A stretch of DNA of 64,000 nt. It comes from Laetmonice hystrix (Eukaryota). The stretch's first letter is position 1. Every line of letters starts with the position of its first letter. The position numbers and the translations under genes are program-made. Below, one piece after another: positions 51,026 through 61,200 of this stretch. Below the pieces are notes generated by a model. It was not told where the DNA came from. It saw only the letters and a list, made by a program, of their open reading frames with translations, and did no database searches. The stretch spans positions 45,324,001 through 45,388,000 of the forward strand of contig OZ249436.1 of the NCBI GenBank assembly GCA_965235115.1, in the 5' to 3' direction.

Positions 51026-51133
51026 TCACTTAAACTCGTGTTCTTCCCTTCCTGCGGCCATGGACAGGTCAGGGAGTGGAAGGCTGAAGTTATCCTTCGA
51101 TATGAGCCAGAACGTGGTCATCGGGGCCTTGCC
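51026..51133 (-). CDS. GC terminal exon ([14 protein letters not shown]...EEHEFK*)
   Basis: ttgcag acceptor, TGA at 51028-51026. Confidence 0.9.
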   Translation of the reverse strand, partial: GKAPMTTFWLISKDNFSLPLPDLSMAAGREEHEFK

Positions 51134-52124
51134 CTGCAACGAATCATGTTTGAAAACAAAGTTTACACCATAGATCCTGTGTGTACATCACTTATGGGTT
51201 TCAAGCTTCTTTGGTGGTTTTGATGGCACAATCATTTATTGACACTGAATGATAACGACATGGTGAAGGAGTTACAGGTTCTGACCAGGACACGACTAGC
51301 GGTTCACCCCCAGATATATAGGTGGTCCTCGAGCCAGTCTTATACTAACAATTAACGATTAACGATATTGTCAACTCGCGAAGAAATGATTAGCAGACTA
51401 CACATTATACATGGGTGGGTGGGTATTTGGGGTTTTACGCCTTGCAACAGCCAGGGTCATATCACGGCGGTGAAGATGATGATGAAAGTCAGTTTATAAT
51501 GGCACATTGCGCGTAATGGTGATCTGAGATCAGAGTTTCCACCCTCTCTCATTCTAGTAACTTCACCCGTGCGTTAGGATTGCCAGACTACTTGTTATCG
51601 AACTCGTTATTATAACGAGTACCATGTTATTTATTTCTACGCTATTTAACGATATCGTTAACTTGTGTAGAAATGATTAGCAGACTACTCGTTATTTAAC
51701 GATATCGTTAGGACTCCCCCCCCTCCGTTATCAACCGAGTTACCAACTACTTACCTTTACTGTTATCACTCCACGAGACTCCAACTCGAACCCACCAAGA
51801 CTTTCTAGTATTTGAGCTGTACTTTCGCTCATGTGGATGCGCAGTGCTTAAATATAAATTCATCTGTATTAACGATTCAGAAACCTGTGGAAGAGGGGCA
51901 TGAGTGGAACACCACGGAAACACAACTTCCATTCTTTTATGATATCTTCATTTAACGATCCCTCCCAGATCTCTCTCTGCCTCTCTCCTCTCTGTCTCTC
52001 TATCTCTCTCCTCTCTCTCCTCTCTGTCTCTCTGTCTCGCTGTCTCGCTGTCTCTCTCTCCTCTCTGTCTCTCTATCTCTCTCCTCTCTGTCTCTCTGTC
52101 TCGCTGTCTCTCTCTGTCTCTCTG

Positions 52125-52206
<82 letters not shown>

Positions 52207-55200
52207 AAACCACTTGATTCCATCCTGGAGGCAGTGTTGACTGTGTCCCCGAAGAGGCAGTACCGCGGCATCTTCATGCCAACCACGCCCGCCACAACCG
52301 GGCCTGAAGGTAAACAACGTGTCATTGGACCATTAATGGCTCATCATACACCGATCAACACCTCCTAATACTAACAACGTGTCAATGCACCATTAATGGC
52401 TCATCATACACCGATCAACACCTCCTAATACTAACAACGTGTCAATGCACCATTAATGGCTCATCATACACCGATCAACACCTCCTAATACTAACAAAAC
52501 ACGGAGGTGCTGGGGCGGTGCCAGGATTTTGGAAGGGGGGGGGGGTTTCAAGACAACGAGAGAATCCAACATCTTCAGTTCAGAAAGTTCAATGGAAAAA
52601 ATACGTGCCAAGGGAGGGGGTTGTGACCCCTGTGACCCCCACCCTCCGGATCTACCATGTTGGATACCCCGACGCCGTGAGACGACCCACCTGTGTGTAT
52701 ACCAATCCGGAGCTGGAGTTGTGTGTCCGGAAGATGTGGGATCCTGAATGAACTGATCCCACTCAGCAGGTGCAGTGACAGGGTGGCGACCTCAGCCGCA
52801 TGACGATTACCGTTCCGTGTTGGTAAACCTGAGGCCACCATGTAAGCGTCACCTATCGTCTCAACCTGCCAACATACATGTAAGCGTCACCTATCGTCTC
52901 AACCTGCCAACATACATGTAAGCGTCACCTATCGTCTCAACCTGCCAATGGAAGCGTCACCTATCGTCTCAACCTGCCAACAGACATGTAAGCGTCACCT
53001 ATCGTCTCAACCTGCCAACATACATGTAAGCGTCACCTATCGTCTCAACCTGCCAACATACGTGTAAGCGTCACCTATCGTCTCAATCTGCCAACAGACA
53101 TGTAAGCGTCACCTATCGTCTCAACCTGCCAACATACATGTAAGCTTCACCTATCGTCTCAACCTGCCAACATACATGTAAGCGTCACCTATCGTCTCAA
53201 CCTGCCAATGGAAGCGTCACCTATCGTCTCAACCTGCCAACAGACATGTAAGCGTCACCTATCGTCTCAACCTGCCAACATACATGTAAGCGTCACCTAT
53301 CGTCTCAACCTGCCAACATACGTGTAAGCGTCAGCTATCGTCTCAATCTGCCAACAGACATGTAAGCGTCACCTATCGTCTCAACCTTCCAACATACATG
53401 TAAGCGTCACCTCTCGTCTCAACCTGCCAACATACGTGTAAGCGTCACATATCGTCTCAACCTGCCAACATACATAAGCGTCACCTATCGTCTCAACCTG
53501 CCAATGGAAGCGTCACCTATCGTCTCAACCTGCCAACATACATGTAAGCGTCACCTATCGTCTCAACCTGCCAACATACATGTAAGCGTCACCTATCGTC
53601 TCAACCTGCCAATGGAAGCGTCACCTATCGTCTCAACCTGCCAACAGACATGTAAGCGTCACCTATCGTCTCAACCTGCCAACATACATGTAAGCGTCAC
53701 CTATCGTCTCAACCTGCCAACATACGTGTAAGCGTCACCTATCGTCTCAATCTGCCAACAGACATGTAAGCGTCACCTATCGTCTCAACCTGCCAACATA
53801 CATGTAAGCGTCACCTATCGTCTCAACCTGCCAACATACATGTAAGCGTCACCTATCGTCTCAACCTGCCAATGGAAGCGTCACCTATCGTCTCAACCTG
53901 CCAACAGACATGTAAGCGTCACCTATCGTCTCAACCTGCCAACATACGTGTAAGCGTCACCTATCGTCTCAATCTGCCAACAGACATGTAAGCGTCACCT
54001 ATCGTCTCAACCTTCCAACATACATGTAAGCGTCACCTCTCGTCTCAACCTGCCAACATACGTGTAAGCGTCACATATCGTCTCAACCTGCCAACATACG
54101 TAAGCGTCACCTATCGTCTCAACCTGCCAACATACGTGTAAGCGTCACCTATCGTCTCAATCTGCCAACAGACATGTAAGCGTCACCTATCGTCTCAACC
54201 TGCCAACAGACATCTAAGCGTCACCTCTCGTCTCAATCTGCCAACATACATGTAAGCGTCACCTATCGTCTCAACCTGCCAATGGAAGCGTCACCTATCG
54301 TCTCAATCTGCCAACAGACATGTAAGCGTCACCTATCGTCTCAACCTGCCAACAGACATGTAAGCGTCACCTATCGTCTCAACCTGCCAACAGACATGTA
54401 AGCGTCACCTATCGTCTCAACCTGCCAACAGACATGTAAGCGTCACCTATCGTCTCAACCTGCCAACAGACATGTAAACGTCACCTATCGTCTCAACCTG
54501 CCAACAGACATGTAAGCGTCACCTATCGTCTCAATCTGCCAACATACATGTAAGCGTCACCTATCGTCTCAACCTGCCAATGGAAGCGTCACCTATCGTC
54601 TCAACCTGCCAACAGACATGTAAGCGTCACCTATCGTCTCAACCTGCCAACATACGTGTAAGCGTCACCTATCGTCTCAACTTGCCAACAGACATGGAAG
54701 CGTCACCTATCGTCTCAACCTGCCAACATACATTTAGCGTCACCTAACGTTTCAACAAACATCTAACAGGAGTCATATAAGTCTCACCTTTTGTATTAAG
54801 TAGACTATCTATAGCAGTGGCGGACCCAGGGGGCGCAAGGGGCGTACGCCCCCTAAAATTCTCTTTTTAAAAATTGTTTTATTTGCTTCTTAGATGCCTA
54901 AGCCTGAGCCGTTTTTAGTATTTTTCTACTTGAATCTCACTTGACCCACGCGCCCCAACTTAAAATCCTTGACCCGCCACTGGGGAGGGGCGCTGGGGGC
55001 TCCGACTTCAGATTTGTATCGATAAAGGTCAGAACTAACCTTATATACGTCGTACTTGTCGGATATCTCATCGAAAGTAGAATACAAGACGTTCAGCATG
55101 TTGACCACCTAAACGATAAGATTAACGGAATAATCTCAGATAAAAATGAATGAAATGCAATTTTAATATCATCAGCATCAGTATTCGCTGGGCCGGAATA

Positions 55201-58200
55201 ATTTCAGTGTGACTTTTAGCTGAAAGACAGAACCTTTTTCAGAATCACGGAATGGATAGGAGTCTCATCCTTAGGCCTATCGATATTCGCACCAAAATGA
55301 TTGGTAACTTCAGGTTCCCATGCATGTGAATTATACTGATCAAATGCAGTAGGTAAAAAATATATTGGGGTACATTTAAAATGGTATGGTCCCACCTGGA
55401 TTGGGCTACTAGCCGCACAGAGCTTGGTAAAAGCCACGATGTCCGAGAAATAAATTGTGACGGCATCAAAAGTTTCGGGCTCCACCTGGCGGCCAGCCTT
55501 GAGTTGATCGGCTACGGGCCTGGGTGGGACAAACCGGACCGTATCACAGTATTATAAATCAGTCTAGGAACAAACCTGAGCGGGACTAAACGGACACTGT
55601 GAATAGTTACTCTGGTGACGGGTCTGGGTGGGACAAACCGGACCGTATCACAGTATTATAAATCAGTCTAGGAACAAACCTGAGCGGGACGAAACGAACA
55701 CTGTGAATAGTTACGCTGGTGACGGGCCTGGGTGGGACAAACCGGACCGAACCCAAAATTATTCTGAGAACGGGCCTTGACGGGATTAACCGTACAGAGG
55801 ACCAGATTTTGATTACTCTAATGACGGACTTATGTGGAACTAACGGACATATATCGCACTATCAACAATCACAGGAAAGGGTGTAATAAAACGGACTGTG
55901 GAAACATCACTGTGGAAATTGGAATCGGGATCCTTGATTTACTCTCTTTTGCTAAAGCTCCAGCATATTGCAGTTGCTGATTTTAAGACTGACGGGGATT
56001 TACCTGGGTAAAATGTTGTATAACAACATTTCGACTTTTTTCTTCTCCTCCCCCAGTTCTCGTGTCCTCTCTGCCACCAGGTCCTCCAGGTGTTCGGCGT
56101 GTTTCTCCAACATCTTCACCATGTTGTCAATCACATTGATATTTCTGTCAACAACAGAGTAGAGATTTCTAGAAGAGGAGCAACGATTACATTGACAATT
56201 TTCACTGTCAAAATCACCATTTCAATACCAGAAGGCGAGTTATTCTGTGGAGAATATCAGGTAGGTTTGATCACCGGGACGTTGTTTTTTGAACGTCAAA
56301 GAAAATTGATGGCGCAAAAATTTGCAAAATCCATTGAAATGGGACTTAAATTCAAAAAGTTTTGCATTGTTTAACATCAAAGTAATGGATTATCGGTCAC
56401 AAGTTTTCCAATTAGTCTTAATGTTTTCAATTACCAAAATACCACTTTTTTGCGATATTGAAAATGGCATAACTTCCTGAATTTTTATCACACAGAAACG
56501 ATCCAAGTATCATTGAAAAGCTCTTTTTAATACCTTTCCAATTATACCAATATTATTGCAATCCAGTTTGCATCACATACCTAGTCTATTCAATGCTGAG
56601 TCAGCATTATTTCACGATCAATTCAATCAGACATATTAATTATCTCTCTACATTCATACCTGCCGCCATTGATAACCTTGATTTTGTCCTTGACCTTTCT
56701 AAACGAGGGCCTCAGGTTTGGGTCCTCCTCCCAGCAGGACTCCATCAGTTTCCGCCAGGCGTCGCCACATACGTCCGCGGGAATTGTGGGACGGAACGGA
56801 GGGTTCGTGCCGGACTTTATTTTCTGTATAATACCTGGTTAAAGGTTTATAAACAGTATTAAAAAAACAAGGTAAAAACCCAGAAAGAAATTGGGGTTGA
56901 GGGAAGGCATAATGTTTACCCAGTTTCGTCTCTGTCAATGCATACATTTTATTTCAAACATATCTTTTTCAATTAGTTTCTAAGCATTATTTCTGAAAAC
57001 TCCATATTTTTGTCTAGGGTACCGAGCCCCCCCCCCCCCACCCCCCACCCCCACCCCCACCCACCCCCTACAAGAAGAGGTTTCTCCATTCTCACCGGAC
57101 ACGTCGAGGTTATGATCATAGGCGAACGGTCCGTCATTCGTAACGATTTCCTGTATAATGATGGCGTATGAATACACATCACCGGACTGAGTACCGTACG
57201 GCGGAGGGTCACGCTGACGAAGTAACTCTGGCGCTGTCCACATGTGATCTACACCGAATGGAAAGTTATATTTGACAAAGGCGTAGGGTTGGAGGCTGAA
57301 ATTGTGGAACGGGCAAAGCATGGGTTGGGGCTGGGGGGCTTGGGGCAGAAATTGGTACTTATGGAAGCATAATAGATTTCACTCTCGAATCATTAATACT
57401 TTCATTCACGTATTGGCAGTCTAACAATGTTGGCCATCTATTATATACAAGTCATTAGTCTAAAGGACTACATTTCTTCAGTGTTCAGTCTTAGAACCTA
57501 CTCTGCCGTGCCATGGCATTAAGTCAATATACGGCTTTTGTGATAGTAATGCATTTTCTGATTTTTTTTACAGATTCCGTAAAATATTTTCATTTTTCTA
57601 TATTTTTGGAAGTTGGTGGTCGTGAGTAATGATGATTAGGAATGAATAGACGGAAAGGCCTCAGTTTTTGTAATTATACGTACATGATTCGTTGGTACGT
57701 CCGAGACTGGCTGCGTCACTGGACCTGAAAGTTCTCAGGCCGTAGTCTGTGATTTTACACGTCCATCTGCTGTCAATCACGCAGTTAGAACTGGTTAGGT
57801 GACCGTGGGAACCAATGGTGGAGTCGTGCAGGTAGGCCATCCCCTGTAACCAAAGGTCAATCACGCAGTTAGAACTGGTTAGGTAACCGTGGGAACCAAT
57901 GGTGGAGTCGTGCAGGTAGGCCATCCCCTGTAACCAAAGGTCAATCACGCAGTTAGAACTGGTTAGGTGACCGTGGGAACCAATGGTGGAGTCGTGCAGG
58001 TAGGCCATCCCCTGTAACCAAAGGTCAATCACGCAGTTAGAACTGGTTAGGTGACCGTGGGAACCAATGGTGGAGTCGTGCAGGTAGGCCATCCCCTGTA
58101 ACCAAAGGTCAATCACGCAGTTAGAGCTGGTTAGGTGACCGTGGGAACCAATGGTGGAGTCGTGCAGGTAGGCCATCCCCTGTAACCAAAGGTCAATCAC

Positions 58201-61200
58201 GCAGTTAGAGCTGGTTAGGTGACCGTGGGAACCAATGGTGGAGTCGTGCAGGTAGGCCATCCCCTGTAACCAAAGGTCAATCACGCAGTTAGAGCTGGTT
58301 AGGTGACCGTGGGAACCAATGGTGGAGTCGCGCAGGTAGGCCATCCCCTGTAACCATTGAAGGTCAATCACGCAGTTAGAGCTGGTTAGGTGACCGTGGG
58401 AACCAATGGTGGAGTCGCGCAGGTAGGCCATCCCCTGTAACCAAAGCTAATCCTGGCGTTCTCTTTCAAAAGCCTCCAGCAATTCCATGGCGGGATGGGG
58501 AGGCAATTTTCTTTGGCGCCAAAGCGGCGTTTGGCAGGACTCAATGGATTAACAGTTAAATAACAACAGCAACACACTCAGGAAAATGGAATTTCACTCA
58601 GGTAAAACGTAGAGAGATTGGCAATAACCATTTGTAATGTCAATGTTTTAGTGGGGTGCTGATATTATCTGTATGCCGCTTGGCGGACAATTCGACAAAA
58701 GTAATTACCTTGGCGATGTCACTTGAAATGGACACCCTGAAGTCATCAGTCAGCCGTATGGAATCGTTTTCCAGTACGTCCTACAGCCAGATCAAAACAC
58801 AACACATCTGACAGTCCGTGAAACGATTGCAATCAATGGGTACCCCCATCTCACAGGTTAAACGGTTCAGTTTAGATAATGGGCACCCCATCTCACAGCC
58901 CGGACGGTTCAGTTTAGATAATGGGCACCCCATCTCACAGGTTAAACGGTTCAGTTTAGATAATGGGCACCCCATCTCACAGCCCGAACGGTTCAGTTTA
59001 GATAATGAGCACCCCATCTCACAGCCCGAACGGTTCAGTTTAGATAATGGGCACCCCATCTCACAGCCCGAACGGTTCAGTTTAGATAATGGGCACCCCA
59101 TCTCACAGCCCGAACGGTTCAGTTTAGATAATGGGCACCCCATCTCACAGCCCGAACGGTTCAGTTTAGATAATGGGCACCCCATCTCACAGCCCAAACG
59201 GTTCAGTTTAGATAATGGGCACCCCATCTCACAGCCCGAACGGTTCAGTTTAGATAATGGGCACCTCATCTCACAGGTTAAACGGTTCAGTTTAGATAAT
59301 GGGCACCCCATCTCACAGCCCGAACGGTTCAGTTTAGATAATGGGCACCCCATCTCACAGCCCGAACGGTTCAGTTTAGATAATGGGCACCCCATCTCAC
59401 AGCCCGAACGGTTCAGTTTAGATAATGGGCACCCCATCTCACAGGTTAAACGGTTCAGTTTAGATAATGGGCACCCCATCTCACAGCCCGAACGGTTCAG
59501 TTTAGATAATGGGCACCCCATCTCACAGCCTGAACGGTTCAGTTTAGATAATGGGCACCCCATCTCACAGGTTAAACGGTTCAGTTTAGATAATGGGCAC
59601 CCCATCTCACAGCCCGAACGGTTCAGTTTAGATAATGGGCACCCCATCTCACAGGTTAAACGGTTCAGTTTAGATAATGGGCACCCCATCTCACAGCCCG
59701 AACGGTTCAGTTTAGATAATGGGCACCCCATCTCACAGGTTAAACGGTTCAGTTTAGATAATGGGCACCCCATCTCACAGCCCGAACGGTTCAGTTTAGA
59801 TAATGGGCACCCCATCTCACAGGTTAAACGGTTCAGTTTAGATAATGGGCACCCCATCTCACAGGTTAAACGGTTCAGTTTAGATAATGGGCACCCCATC
59901 TCACAGCCCGAACGGTTCAGTTTAGATAATGGGCACCCCATCTCACAGCCCGGACGGTTCAGTTTAGATAATGGGCACCCCATCTCACAGGTTAAACGGT
60001 TCAGTTTAGATAATGGGCACCCCATCTCACAGCCCGAACGGTTCAGTTTAGATAATGGGCACCCCATCTCACAGCCCGAACGGTTCAGTTTAGATAATGG
60101 GCACCCCATCTCACAGCCCGAACGGTTCAGTTTAGATAATGGGCACCCCATCTCACAGCCCGAACGGTTCAGTTTAGATAATGGGCACCCCATCTCACAG
60201 CCCGAACGGTTCAGTTTAGATAATGGGCACCCCATCTCACAGCCCAAACGGTTCAGTTTAGATAATGGGCACCCCATCTCACAGCCCGAACGGTTCAGTT
60301 TAGATAATGGGCACCCCATCTCACAGCCCGAACGGTTCAGTTTAGATAATGGGCACCCCATCTCACAGCCCAAACGGTTCAGTTTAGATAATGGGCACCC
60401 CATCTCACAGCCTGAACGGTTCAGTTTACATAATGGGCACCCCATCTCACAGCCCGAACGGTTCAGTTTAGATAATGGGCACCCCATCTCACAGCCTGAA
60501 CGGTTCAGTTTAGATAATGGGCACCCCATCTCACAGGTTAAACGGTTCAGTTTAGATAATGGGCACCCCATCTCACAGCCCGAACGGTTCAGTTTAGATA
60601 ATGGGCACCCCATCTCACAGGTTAAACGGTTCAGTTTAGATAATGGGCACCCCATCTCACAGCCCGAACGGTTCAGTTTAGATAATGGGCACCCCATCTC
60701 ACAGGTTAAACGGTTCAGTTTAGATAATGGGCACCCCATCTCACAGGTTAAACGGTTCAGTTTAGATAATGGGCACCCCATCTCACAGGTTAAACGGTTC
60801 AGTTTAGATAATGGGCACCCATCTCACAGTTAAACGGTTCAGTTTAGATAATGGGCACCCCATCTCACAGGTTAAACGGTTCAGTTTAGATAATGGGCAC
60901 CCCATCTCACAGCCCGAACGGTTCAGTTTAGATAATGGGCACCCCATCTCACAGGTTAAACGGTTCAGTTTAGATAATGGGCACCCCATCTCACAGGTTA
61001 AACGGTTCAGTTTAGATAATGGGCACCCCATCTCACAGGTTAAACGGTTCAGTTTAGATAATGGCACCCCATCTCACAGCCCGAACGGTATTCGCGACAT
61101 AAAAGGTTAGAATAGAGCTAATGTGGCGTACTGTATCGATGTTTTCGCCATATATACATAACAAAATACTTTTTACATTGCAGCTCTAGTGCAGAGGGTG

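Noticed and set aside
7783..54760. Intron gain by tandem duplication of an AGGT proto-splice site as the origin of these introns
   Set aside because: Each intron has its own unique opposite splice site and unique sequence outside the array. Positions such as YK|VETIGD match, from memory, conserved intron positions in vertebrate receptor cyclases, so the introns predate the arrays.
52839..61088. CRISPR-like appearance of the 38-42-bp arrays
   Set aside because: Units are contiguous with no unique spacers, there are no cas genes, and the context is a spliced eukaryotic gene
58781..61110. 666-aa and 671-aa ORFs on opposite strands
   Set aside because: Read-through of a 42-bp intronic minisatellite (a multiple of 3); no domain content
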